A stretch of DNA of 64,000 bases from a virus. Within the stretch, counting starts at the first letter, position 1, and every line of letters starts with the position of its first letter. The position numbers were made by a program, and so were the translations under genes. Positions 36,901 to 45,796 of this stretch are shown here, one piece after another. The stretch is taken from the IMG/VR virus record IMGVR_UViG_3300028920_001037, positions 1 to 64,000 of that record; one strand, written 5' to 3'. The notes under the pieces were generated by a model. That model was not told where the DNA came from, did no database searches, and saw nothing but the letters and a program-made list of their open reading frames with translations.

Positions 36901-39074
36901 GAACTAGACTCACTTGAGCTACTACTTGATTCACTAGAGCTAGACGATTCTGATGAAGAGCTTGAGCTAGACTCAGAAGAACTAGAAGATTCCGAACTAC
37001 TACTAGATGATTCACTTGAGCTAGATGACTCTGATGATGAACTAGAACTTGATTCAGAAGAACTAGAAGATTCAGATGAGGAACTAGATGATTCAGAACT
37101 AGAACTTGACTCACTAGAACTACTTGATTCTGAACTTGAACTTGATGACTCAGAAGAACTACTAGACTCCGATGAGCTTGATGATGAACTTTCTGAACTT
37201 GAGCTTGACTCAGAACTAGAACTACTTGACTCACTTGAGCTAGATGACTCTGATGATGAACTAGAACTTGACTCACTAGAACTACTTGACTCAGAGCTAG
37301 AACTTGAAGATTCCGATGAACTACTTGATTCAGAACTACTACTTGACTCTGATGAAGAACTTGATGATTCAGAACTACTACTTGATTCAGATGAACTAGA
37401 ACTTGACGACTCAGAAGAACTACTTGACTCCGATGAGCTAGAACTCGATTCTGATGAAGAACTTGATTCAGAACTACTACTTGACTCAGAAGAACTAGAA
37501 CTTGACTCGCTAGAGCTACTAGATTCACTAGAACTTGATGATGAACTTTCAGAACTAGAACTAGACTCAGAAGAACTAGAACTTGATTCAGAACTACTAC
37601 TTGACTCACTAGAACTACTTGACTCAGAACTTGAGCTACTTGATTCTGATGAGCTAGATGATTCTGATGAAGAACTAGAACTTGATTCACTTGAGCTAGA
37701 TGATTCTGATGAACTAGAACTCGATTCTGATGAACTACTTGACTCTGATGAACTAGAAGATTCACTACTTGAACTTGATGATTCAGAACTAGAGCTTGAC
37801 TCGGAAGAACTAGATGACGAACTTTCAGAACTAGAACTAGACTCACTTGAGCTACTGCTTGATTCTGAACTGCTACTTGATTCTGAACTTGAACTTGATT
37901 CTGATGAGCTACTGCTTGACTCAGATGAGCTACTTGATTCAGATGAACTAGAAGAAGAACTTTCAGAACTAGAGCTTGACTCAGAACTAGAGCTACTCGA
38001 TTGACTAGAACTTGATGACTCAGAGGAACTACTAGATTCAGACGAGCTAGAACTTGATTCTGATGAAGAACTAGATTCCGAACTGCTACTTGACTCAGAA
38101 GAACTAGAACTTGACTCGGAACTACTGCTAGATTCACTAGAACTAGATGAAGATGATTCGGAACTAGAACTTGATTCAGAACTACTGCTTGAACTTGACT
38201 CACTAGAACTGCTTGACTCCGATGACGAGCTTGATGACTCAGAAGAGCTACTTGATTCTGATGAAGAACTCGATGAACTCGATTCACTCGAACTTGACTC
38301 GCTTGAACTTGATTCAGATGAAGAACTTGACGAACTTGACTCGCTTGAACTTGATTCAGATGAAGAACTTGACGAACTCGATTCAGAACTTGAAGAATCT
38401 GCTGAAGCAATTTCAGGTCCTCCCTCGCTTACAAATGTCGGGCCACCACCAGCAGTAAAATTACCACCACTACCCATATTAGTGGTTCCCTGCGCTTCAA
38501 TATAAACAATAGGGGAATAACCACTTCCTGCGGTTGCAGGGGCTTTACCACTTAAATAGAAAAGGTCTCTGTTTGAAGATTGGGAAAGGTCAATATATGT
38601 ACCATGTATCTCCCATATTTCAGAAAGAGAACCTTTGAAGTCCTTTGTTACATTCGGAGCAGTACCAATGGAGTAGTTAATATATTTAAGGTCAATGGTA
38701 TCATTTGTATATGTGATGACGTTTAGCTCATCAACACCATCAACATACAGATGCCGTTTGCTTGTGTCAGACATATCCACTGAAAACATGAAGTGATGCC
38801 ATGCAGTATCAGTAAATGTGGATGTGCTTTTTAATTGAAGAATAGTACTACCAGAGGAATTTTTACCTATAATCTCTATTTTATCATCTGTTTGAAGTGA
38901 TACAATTCCTCTTGCATTGTTACCGCATAGACGTGCCAAAACACCATGATTACCATCACGCTTAAACCACAAAGATACAGTCCACAGCTTACTATCAGCA
39001 TCACCTGTAAGAGTACCACCCCTTACATACCTATCATTTACACCATCGTAATATACTGTATCTTTGAAAGCCAT
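33990..39074 (-). CDS. Giant serine-rich repeat protein: N-terminal LamG/ConA-like domain, about 1240-aa (Ser)nGlu tract, C-terminal beta-rich domain
   Basis: WTVSLWFK...WHH....D......LYVDG...IG......GSLSE LamG-like signature; uninterrupted 1694-codon frame. Confidence 0.85.
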   Translation of the reverse strand: MAFKDTVYYDGVNDRYVRGGTLTGDADSKLWTVSLWFKRDGNHGVLARLCGNNARGIVSLQTDDKIEIIGKNSSGSTILQLKSTSTFTDTAWHHFMFSVDMSDTSKRHLYVDGVDELNVITYTNDTIDLKYINYSIGTAPNVTKDFKGSLSEIWEIHGTYIDLSQSSNRDLFYLSGKAPATAGSGYSPIVYIEAQGTTNMGSGGNFTAGGGPTFVSEGGPEIASADSSSSESSSSSSSSESSSSESSSSSSSSESSSSESSSSESSSSSSSSESSSSSESSSSSSESSSSSESSSSSSSESSSSSESSSSSSSESSSSSESSSSSSESSSSSESSSSSESSSSSSESSSSSESSSSSQSSSSSSESSSSSESSSSSSSESSSSSESSSSSSESSSSSESSSSSESSSSSSESSSSSESSSSSSSESSSSSESSSSSSESSSSSESSSSSESSSSSSESSSSSESSSSSSSESSSSSESSSSSSESSSSSESSSSSESSSSSSESSSSSESSSSSSSESSSSSESSSSSSESSSSSESSSSSESSSSSSESSSSSESSSSSSSESSSSSESSSSSSESSSSSESSSSSESSSSSSESSSSSESSSSSSSESSSSSESSSSSSESSSSSESSSSSSSESSSSSESSSSSSESSSSSESSSSSESSSSSSESSSSSESSSSSSSESSSSSESSSSSSESSSSSESSSSSSSESSSSSESSSSSSESSSSSESSSSSSSESSSSSESSSSSSESSSSSESSSSSESSSSSSESSSSSESSSSSSSESSSSSESSSSSSESSSSSESSSSSSSESSSSSESSSSSSSESSSSSESSSSSSESSSSSESSSSSSSESSSSSESSSSSSESSSSSESSSSSESSSSSSESSSSSESSSSSSESSSSSESSSSSSSESSSSSESSSSSSESSSSSESSSSSESSSSSSESSSSSESSSSSSSESSSSSESSSSSSESSSSSESSSSSESSSSSESSSSSSESSSSSESSSSSSSESSSSSESSSSSSESSSSSESSSSSESSSSSSESSSSSESSSSSSSESSSSSESSSSSSESSSSSESSSSSESSSSSSESSSSSESSSSSSSESSSSSESSSSSSESSSSSESSSSSSSESSSSSESSSSSSESSSSSESSSSSESSSSSSESSSSSESSSSSESSSSSSESSSSSESSSSSESSSSSSESSSSSESSSSSESSSSSSSESSSSSESSSSSSESSSSSESSSSSSSESSSSSESSSSSSESSSSSSSESSSSSESSSSSESSSSSSESSSSSESSSSSSESSSSSESSSSSESSSSSSESSSSSESSSSESSSSSESSSSSESSSSSSESSSSSESSSSESSSSSESSSSESSSSESSSSSESSSSESSSSSESSSSESSSSSESSSSESSSSSESSSSESSSSSESSSSSESSSSESSSSSESSSSESSSSSESSSSESSSSSESSSSEADNWWNPSSLNVVVGSILAGQLSDVYKESSSNNLVLGETSGTPGFVYDFKYGEYDDVPSTDIILNFTGYYDGSPSHNVKLKQWNYTLSQWDDVTSATTDFPDASSPYTSAFSLLDSSDYLSAGDIILRIDHESTGSQFHEFYISKLYLELAQESSSESSSSSESSSSESSSSSSESSSSSSSSESSSSSESSSSESSSSSESSSSESSESSSSSGAVVSLNNRVMMLN
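34677..38396 (-). repeat. Codon-degenerate (Ser)nGlu coding repeat, 3720 nt
   Basis: TCN/AGY/GAR codons apart from a single Gln; a shorter tract lies at about 34035-34220. Confidence 0.95.
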
Positions 39075-39127
39075 AGAATCTATCCTATATAAGAATAGTT
39101 TTAATTAAATAATAATTTACTTGACTG

Positions 39128-40186
39128 TTACTTTGTAAATGTTAAAGTTACAGCAAGTCCATTTGGAGGAGTTACGTTGACAGAATCTACATCAATATAC
39201 AGTTGGTCTCCAGTATTAACATCATCATTAGAAGTATCTATTACTCCATCTCTAGCAAAATATTCACCATTTGATAATGTAATAGGAGTGGATAACATAT
39301 CTACATCAGAACCACTTCTTTTTCTACGAATTTGTATATCTGTAGTACTTCCACCAGAACCCGCATCATATACAGTTGCTACTGCATCTGTCAATTTCCA
39401 CCCATTAATTTCTAATGGAACTCCGAATGCAATAGTACCATTTCCAGTTGAAATAGCCTGTGTAGACTCAAAAGGAGTTATACAAACAGATTTTGTATGA
39501 GTATGGTCGTCTAATGTATCAAAAGATTTTTGAATAGTATTATCGGCCGATGTAAGAATATCATCAAAATTATTTGTATCTACACTAGCTGATTTTGCTC
39601 TACTAGTTATTAATCTAATGGTATCATTTTCACCAAGACCGCCACCAAGAAATCCACTTTTAACGGTCATCAAATTCTGTTCAATAAAACTTAAAAATTC
39701 TCTTTTAAGGTCTTCATTTCCAGATAATAACTTCAGAAAACTTTCAACCGTCATTTTACCGGCTTTACCAGTCTTACCAGGTTTTCCATTCTTACCATCT
39801 TTACCCGGTGGTCCTGGTGGGCCTTGTGGGCCTTGTGGGCCTTCGGTTACTAAACCATCTTTACCCGGTGGTCCTGGTGGGCCTTGTGGGCCTGTTATAG
39901 AAAGTCCATCTTTACCAGGCGGACCTTGTTCTCCCTTAATTTTTTGTATAAAATCTTCGTGAGTATTAAGAAATTCTATAATAAAGTTTAAATCATTCTC
40001 TGTAAGAAGTGTTTTGCCTTTTAAATCTTCTCGGCCCTCTTTTATAAGAAAATAATCTAAAATGTCTTTTCTTACATTTTTAATTAATAATTCTTCTAGT
40101 GGAACACTTTCAAGAGATGATATTTCTTTTTTGCGGAGAAACTTTATTATTTGATCTCTCTCAAATTTTGGTATTCTTTTTTTCAT
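39128..40186 (-). CDS. Collagen-like (Gly-X-Y) virion fibre-type protein
   Basis: [13 protein letters not shown] repeats; beta-rich C-terminal domain. Confidence 0.75.
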   Translation of the reverse strand: MKKRIPKFERDQIIKFLRKKEISSLESVPLEELLIKNVRKDILDYFLIKEGREDLKGKTLLTENDLNFIIEFLNTHEDFIQKIKGEQGPPGKDGLSITGPQGPPGPPGKDGLVTEGPQGPQGPPGPPGKDGKNGKPGKTGKAGKMTVESFLKLLSGNEDLKREFLSFIEQNLMTVKSGFLGGGLGENDTIRLITSRAKSASVDTNNFDDILTSADNTIQKSFDTLDDHTHTKSVCITPFESTQAISTGNGTIAFGVPLEINGWKLTDAVATVYDAGSGGSTTDIQIRRKRSGSDVDMLSTPITLSNGEYFARDGVIDTSNDDVNTGDQLYIDVDSVNVTPPNGLAVTLTFTK

Positions 40187-40195
40187 AATGCAAAA

Positions 40196-40501
40196 TTAGA
40201 CCATTTGTTGAAGTCTTGTAAGTGCTTCTTCTGACTCAAGATACTGATTACCCTTCTCTGTAATTTCTTTCTCTTTAAGATATTCAAAAGCATTAAGCTC
40301 TTCAATGGCTTCTGCATATTTTTGCTCATCAAGATTTTCACCATTTGCCTTAACAACCAAGGCTACAAGTGCATTATCACTAAGCTCGCTTCTTAATAAA
40401 ACATGCTTTTTAATAATGTTTTTAAGCTCTGGATTCTCTTGAAGAATATTAACTTTGGGTGTATCTTTTGTGGCTCTGAAATTTTTAAAATTAGTTTTCA
40501 T
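40196..40501 (-). CDS. Hypothetical protein
   Basis: GGAGGAG RBS; follows a late promoter. Confidence 0.65.
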   Translation of the reverse strand: MKTNFKNFRATKDTPKVNILQENPELKNIIKKHVLLRSELSDNALVALVVKANGENLDEQKYAEAIEELNAFEYLKEKEITEKGNQYLESEEALTRLQQMV

Positions 40502-40555
40502 TGAAACTCCTCCAGAATTTGTTATAAATTAAATACTTATATAGTACCTCTATTA

Positions 40556-40563
40556 TATTTATA
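40556..40563 (-). promoter_or_regulatory. Late promoter TATAAATA
   Basis: Exact intergenic octamer heading the collagen/serine-rich genes. Confidence 0.7.
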
Positions 40564-40567
40564 ATTT

Positions 40568-40915
40568 TTAATCTAACCTTCCACCAACAGTTCTTCTTAT
40601 AATATCAGGACCTTCCATAGATACCCAGTAAATCTCATAAACAACTGAATCTTTATTAGCCTTAAATTTGTGTATAAGTTTTGGTGGAACAGTTGATTGG
40701 TCAAAAGCCTTCAAGACTGTAGTTTCATTAATGCCGTTTTCCTGGAATATAGTAACTTCTATTTCACCACTCTCTACAAAGAATTGATTATACTTATAGT
40801 CATGGAAATGTTCACTACAATATCCACCTTTATCTATTTCTATTCGGTGGATTTCTACATTGTTAAGTTCAAATATTTTACTTGTTATTCCCCAAATTTT
40901 TGATTGTTTAACCAT
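40568..40915 (-). CDS. Cupin domain protein
   Basis: K.WG, CS.H.H..K...F.V.SG, P....H.F, E. Confidence 0.8.
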   Translation of the reverse strand: MVKQSKIWGITSKIFELNNVEIHRIEIDKGGYCSEHFHDYKYNQFFVESGEIEVTIFQENGINETTVLKAFDQSTVPPKLIHKFKANKDSVVYEIYWVSMEGPDIIRRTVGGRLD

Positions 40916-41781
40916 TATAAACTCCTTTTTTCCAATATTCTGGTAACTTTAATAGCAGTATCAACATTTGATAAATATTTATTATCTAATAAATCTTTAA
41001 AATATTCCATCGAATTTTTAAGGTTATTTTTTTCATCATACATCAAACCCTTTTTATCAGTTATTAAATCTTCTGAAAGATCCTTATACGTTTTATCATA
41101 CCAAGTTATCATCAATGGTATATCATCTAATGGATTATATCTAGCAAAAGCTTTAGTTCCATAAAAATTAATATTGAAATCCTTTTTATAATAATCTAAA
41201 CTTACATTTATTTTTACAGTTACTTTTTTATTTTTACAGGTAATAGACCCTGTTGTACAAATATTATTATTAAACATATAATCATCAAACTTATATTCAA
41301 ATGAATTCAAATCAAAAAACATATCCAATACGGATAAATGATGTGAAGCCAGTAACCAATAAACATCAAACTCCATAAATCTGCCAAGATGTTTAGTTGA
41401 CATTTCAATATATTTAATCTGACCAATATCATATTTTGAAAATTCTAATAAACACTTTGAAAACATTTGTGTATATTCAACTGCCAACTTCAATTGTTTT
41501 TCTTTAGCTATTTCTTTAAGCTCTATAGCTTCGTTTAAATGTAAACTAATAGGTTTCTCAACATAAACATTTTTTCCGTTTAATAAAGCTTCTTTAGTTA
41601 ATTTATAATGTGTATCTATTGGTGTTGCTATAATGACAGATTCAACTTCATTATCTTTCCATATTTGATTAAGATCAAATTTAGAATTAGCTATATACTT
41701 AACATCAAAAGATACATACATATAATTTAATATTTTACTGCCCCAATATCCACATCCAATTAAGGCTATTTTACTTTTCAT
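40915..41781 (-). CDS. Gfo/Idh/MocA family NAD(P)-dependent oxidoreductase
   Basis: IGCGYWG, IATP...H, VEKP. Confidence 0.9.
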   Translation of the reverse strand: MKSKIALIGCGYWGSKILNYMYVSFDVKYIANSKFDLNQIWKDNEVESVIIATPIDTHYKLTKEALLNGKNVYVEKPISLHLNEAIELKEIAKEKQLKLAVEYTQMFSKCLLEFSKYDIGQIKYIEMSTKHLGRFMEFDVYWLLASHHLSVLDMFFDLNSFEYKFDDYMFNNNICTTGSITCKNKKVTVKINVSLDYYKKDFNINFYGTKAFARYNPLDDIPLMITWYDKTYKDLSEDLITDKKGLMYDEKNNLKNSMEYFKDLLDNKYLSNVDTAIKVTRILEKRSL

Positions 41782-42704
41782 AATTCTTCTATTATCCTTT
41801 TAAACTGTTCAAACCTATGATACTCTGTATGATTTTCTAAAACAAACTTTTTACCATTCTCTCTTATATGTTCATAATCTTCTGGATGATTTATAATATC
41901 TTTAATTGTTTTTTCAAGATTTTCCTCATTAACTTCTACATAATTGACTGATGGTATAAACCCAAGTTTCTTCATGTCTTCACATGTATCTGATAATAAA
42001 ATAGAACCTGTGGATGGTATTTCAAAGTTTTTTCTAACCGTATATTTATAAATTGAACAAGACGATAAACAACACAAATATTTATGTAAATGACTTACAT
42101 AATCATATTTAATTAATGGTTTTTTGGTAAACTTAGGAGTTTTTAAAATATCAATTAAATTGTCTTTACTTAAATATTTTGAAGCAAAGAATCTTAAAGG
42201 ATAATATTTTTTTCTTATTGCTCCAGATATAAGACATTTATTTATTGGATTTATATTCTCTGGCATTTTTTTTACAAAATCTGAAAGACTTAAAAATTGT
42301 GGTATCCACTCAGCCTTTTCAATAAATTGCGGCCATCTGTTTTTAAAAGCTTCATCATATGTATATACTATTTTATCACATCTTTCCATTAACTTAGAAA
42401 ATCGTTTTCTCCTTGTTTTTGTTGACGCTGTTCTATGCATATCTACAAAATATCCAATAACTTTAATATTTTTAGGAAGATTAAAAACAATATCTTCACT
42501 CTGAAAAACTTTAAGATGACTAGGAAATCTAAAAGTTATAACAACATCATAATCATATAATTTTTTAAAACTATCAGCATCTTGCCATATAATTCTTTCA
42601 AATCCTAAATTTTTCTCTATTAATTCAAATAATGGAACATATGCTCCATATCCACAATATCCACTGCCACCACGCAAATTAGGAATAAATATACAACCTT
42701 TCAT
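41778..42704 (-). CDS. GT-B glycosyltransferase (CgeB-like)
   Basis: YPLR, K.FEIP.TG..LL, GF....NYV, I..NG..FV...HT. Confidence 0.8.
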   Translation of the reverse strand: MKGCIFIPNLRGGSGYCGYGAYVPLFELIEKNLGFERIIWQDADSFKKLYDYDVVITFRFPSHLKVFQSEDIVFNLPKNIKVIGYFVDMHRTASTKTRRKRFSKLMERCDKIVYTYDEAFKNRWPQFIEKAEWIPQFLSLSDFVKKMPENINPINKCLISGAIRKKYYPLRFFASKYLSKDNLIDILKTPKFTKKPLIKYDYVSHLHKYLCCLSSCSIYKYTVRKNFEIPSTGSILLSDTCEDMKKLGFIPSVNYVEVNEENLEKTIKDIINHPEDYEHIRENGKKFVLENHTEYHRFEQFKRIIEEL

Positions 42705-42720
42705 TTATTAATCTCTCCTT

Positions 42721-43443
42721 TTATCTTTGCATATTAATATTAAATTCTTTATCAATAATTCTATAATGTTCAATATGAATAACTGCTGATAAATCAAAAA
42801 CAAGTTTTCTTTCTCCAATTCTATTTCTAAATCTTTTATCACTTCTAGTTCCCATAAATCCCATTGGTTTATCTCCATAATAATCTGGTCTTACATAAAA
42901 ACCTTTACCTTTATCAAGTATAACTTTTTTTCTAACTAATTGAGCACCTCCATTAGGAACTTTTCTCTTATATACTTTAGTAATACCAAACGATTTTGCA
43001 ACATCATAAGCGGAATCAATATACATTTTAAAACAATCAAAAAATTCATTAGCATTCTTTAATTTAGTATGAGCAGTTAAAGGAAAACCGATTACTCCTT
43101 GAAACTTAGGATCAAGATAATTTTTCATTCCTTTTAAAAAATATGGATCATATATAAGATCACTATCATTAAAAAATAACCATTCTTCTGTTGAATTTTT
43201 TACTTGTATATTTCTAATTAAACCTCTTGTTTTTAATTCTTCATCATAAGGTGTAAGTTTAAACTTCAATCCTTTTTGTTCATAAAATTTTACTATAGTT
43301 TCTATATCTGGACTTCCAATACCTTTAACATAAGCTACATTAATTATAAAATCTGGTGGGTCTATTTGTTGAACTAAAGATGAAAGTTGCATAACCCATC
43401 TTCTTTGAAAATTAGTACATACTGTACATATTTCAATTGTCAT
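42721..43443 (-). CDS. GT-A glycosyltransferase (GT2-like)
   Basis: RG..RN, WLFFNDSD, C-terminal H. Confidence 0.75.
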   Translation of the reverse strand: MTIEICTVCTNFQRRWVMQLSSLVQQIDPPDFIINVAYVKGIGSPDIETIVKFYEQKGLKFKLTPYDEELKTRGLIRNIQVKNSTEEWLFFNDSDLIYDPYFLKGMKNYLDPKFQGVIGFPLTAHTKLKNANEFFDCFKMYIDSAYDVAKSFGITKVYKRKVPNGGAQLVRKKVILDKGKGFYVRPDYYGDKPMGFMGTRSDKRFRNRIGERKLVFDLSAVIHIEHYRIIDKEFNINMQR

Positions 43444-44404
43444 TTTGCTCTTTTCCTTTTTGCAACAAATCAGTTAATATTTTATCATAAAAATTTAAAA
43501 ATTTTTCTGGGTTACTTCTTATTTCACCTTTCCAAGCATGATAATGAGCAGATTTATTATCTACCCAAACATTTTTTCTATGAATATCTTTATAATATTT
43601 TTCTGTATTAATAATATTTCTATCCATCAATCTTAAATCAAGTTCTTCTGCATGTTCAGGAAATTTTTTTCTTATTGTTTGTATAAATTTAGAATCTGCA
43701 TGTGGAAGTCTCCAAAAATTTTCATACCAAAGAGGAAGATAAATTTCTCTATATTTTTTCATATTAAAAACAACTAGCCCAACACTTACATTAGAATCAT
43801 CATAATAATTTGTTAGACAAAAAGTTTCTGTATTTTTATTAATTTCTTCTTGAATATAATCTGTACATTCGTTTGTACAAACTGTATCTATATCAGACAT
43901 TATTGCATATGGAGTCCTAACATAATTTAAACCATGATATTTTGCACGATAACCAAGTCCAAGCATAGAAACAGTTGGATTAACAGATAAACCACTTCTG
44001 TGCAAAGAAACATATTTATTACTTAAATAATTATAACTATTACTTACATGATCAATTTTAAGTTTAATCGGTTCTGGTACTTTTAAAAAATCTAAATTAA
44101 AATCTTCAAATAAATTTAAAAGATATTTTGGAAAAAGTTGAAATTTTCTTTCTGGATCTCTTCTAATAGAACGAGTATCTGTTGGAACATCCCATCCACA
44201 AATAATTTTTGGAACAGTTTTTTCATTAATAATAATACTTGACATTAAAGCTGCACCTTGAGCCTGTAAATCTTCAAAATCTGTTCGTCCTTTAATAATA
44301 CCAAAAGTCCAAGAAAGATTATTATTTATTGGTTTATCCAGTTGATTTGCAATCTTCCAAATCTCTTTTATCTTTTCATTAAAGTTTTCTGAAATAATTC
44401 CCAT
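43433..44404 (-). CDS. GT-A glycosyltransferase (GT8-like)
   Basis: K, SDIDT DxD, GLVVFN, D, HYH. Confidence 0.6.
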   Translation of the reverse strand: MGIISENFNEKIKEIWKIANQLDKPINNNLSWTFGIIKGRTDFEDLQAQGAALMSSIIINEKTVPKIICGWDVPTDTRSIRRDPERKFQLFPKYLLNLFEDFNLDFLKVPEPIKLKIDHVSNSYNYLSNKYVSLHRSGLSVNPTVSMLGLGYRAKYHGLNYVRTPYAIMSDIDTVCTNECTDYIQEEINKNTETFCLTNYYDDSNVSVGLVVFNMKKYREIYLPLWYENFWRLPHADSKFIQTIRKKFPEHAEELDLRLMDRNIINTEKYYKDIHRKNVWVDNKSAHYHAWKGEIRSNPEKFLNFYDKILTDLLQKGKEQNDN

Positions 44405-45796
44405 TTAATTTCCTTTTATATTGTTTAATGCTTTTTTCCAACTCTCACTAATTTCTTCAACATTAGTTGTATGTTTGCTTTTACAATTACTATGACCACA
44501 ATATTTACATATGCTTTGTATTTGTTTTAATAAATTTTCTGATGTTATATCTTCAAATTTTTTAACTGCAATATCCATTTGAAATATTTTTGCTAATGAA
44601 GCTCCAGCACCACAAACAAAATATCCATTTGGCGTTAGGGCTATTCCACAACGCCAAGGAATTGAACAAGCCTTTATTTCTGTTTCACCATTATCTATCG
44701 GAGCAGAATTATAAGAATCAAAAGATTGTTCCTTACTTTTTTTATTAGAATTTCTTATACTAACCCAATTAGGTATTTCTTTTAACTTTTCAGTAACATA
44801 TTTACCTAATCCATTTGTACTAAATCTAATTTTACATTTTGGATTCCAATTCTTATATACTTTTATTATATCAAACATTTCTTTGAAATGTGGATAGTAA
44901 GTTGGTTCTCCACCTATAATATCTATACGCGACCATTTCTTACAGCTTTTGATTGATTTATCTACAAACTCTTCTATTTTATCTAATGGAATATATGATT
45001 TGTCTTTATATATTCCACAGTTCCTATCACAATTAAAACATCCCAATTGACAAAAAGATGTAACTTCAAGTTGTATATTATCAAGTAAATGGTCTCTTAA
45101 ATATTTATTATTACTATCAGCTGTAGCACAAACTCCTTCTCTTATTGCTTTCCATTTTCCAGAATGACCAACTCCACGCTTTCTAATATTTTTAGATCCC
45201 CAACTTCTATCAGTCATCCTATCTGCAAAATACCACAGAACAGTATCGTGACTCGGAACAGGAAGTCTATCTCCAAATTTGTTAGCTAATGTCTTTACAA
45301 ATTCGGTTTTATGAAGGCAACATATACTCTGTATTCTTTTTTCTGTATATCGTTTTCCATAATTACCTGTATCTTTACCTGTATAATATTTATCAAGTTG
45401 ATTTATCCAGTATCCAGGTTTCGTATATCCCCATCTATGAGAAACAACATCATGTCTAAAATCTTTCTTTACAAATACATCTTCAGCATTTGTAAAATAT
45501 GTATCAGCATCAATTTTAACAAAGTAATCAGTCTTAATATATTTAGCTGAACCTAATATAAAAGATGATAGCATTAGTTCTCTAACATTATCATATTCGG
45601 GCATATCCCAATTAATAAATTCTACATCAAAATGATCTTTAACAAAATTAAGGGGTTGTAAATTATCAAATCCATGGTGAAACAGAATTATTTTCTTATC
45701 TCTAAATTGTGGTTTAATATTCCAAGAAGGTAAACTCCATTTAAGTTTATCTATATAATTTGGTGTGCAGGCTGTTACTATTGTAAAATTCTTCAT
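44405..45796 (-). CDS. Glycosyltransferase-like (DxD) + radical SAM fusion
   Basis: N-terminal KIDADT; C-terminal CQLGCFNC, GGEPT, TNG, SPASM-like Cys. Confidence 0.8.
   Translation of the reverse strand: MKNFTIVTACTPNYIDKLKWSLPSWNIKPQFRDKKIILFHHGFDNLQPLNFVKDHFDVEFINWDMPEYDNVRELMLSSFILGSAKYIKTDYFVKIDADTYFTNAEDVFVKKDFRHDVVSHRWGYTKPGYWINQLDKYYTGKDTGNYGKRYTEKRIQSICCLHKTEFVKTLANKFGDRLPVPSHDTVLWYFADRMTDRSWGSKNIRKRGVGHSGKWKAIREGVCATADSNNKYLRDHLLDNIQLEVTSFCQLGCFNCDRNCGIYKDKSYIPLDKIEEFVDKSIKSCKKWSRIDIIGGEPTYYPHFKEMFDIIKVYKNWNPKCKIRFSTNGLGKYVTEKLKEIPNWVSIRNSNKKSKEQSFDSYNSAPIDNGETEIKACSIPWRCGIALTPNGYFVCGAGASLAKIFQMDIAVKKFEDITSENLLKQIQSICKYCGHSNCKSKHTTNVEEISESWKKALNNIKGN

Noticed and set aside
34677-38396. 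Possible CRISPR array or non-coding satellite
   Set aside because: No constant repeat with unique spacers; the variation is synonymous within a coding frame.
34646-38410. 1254-aa alternative-frame ORF overlapping the serine tract
   Set aside because: Shifting TCN/AGY/GAR codons by one base gives CAA/GTT/CTA/GTG-type codons that cannot be stops; the ORF coincides with the repeat and is a by-product.
39794-39892. Approximately 39-nt direct repeat
   Set aside because: Internal duplication of collagen Gly-X-Y codons.
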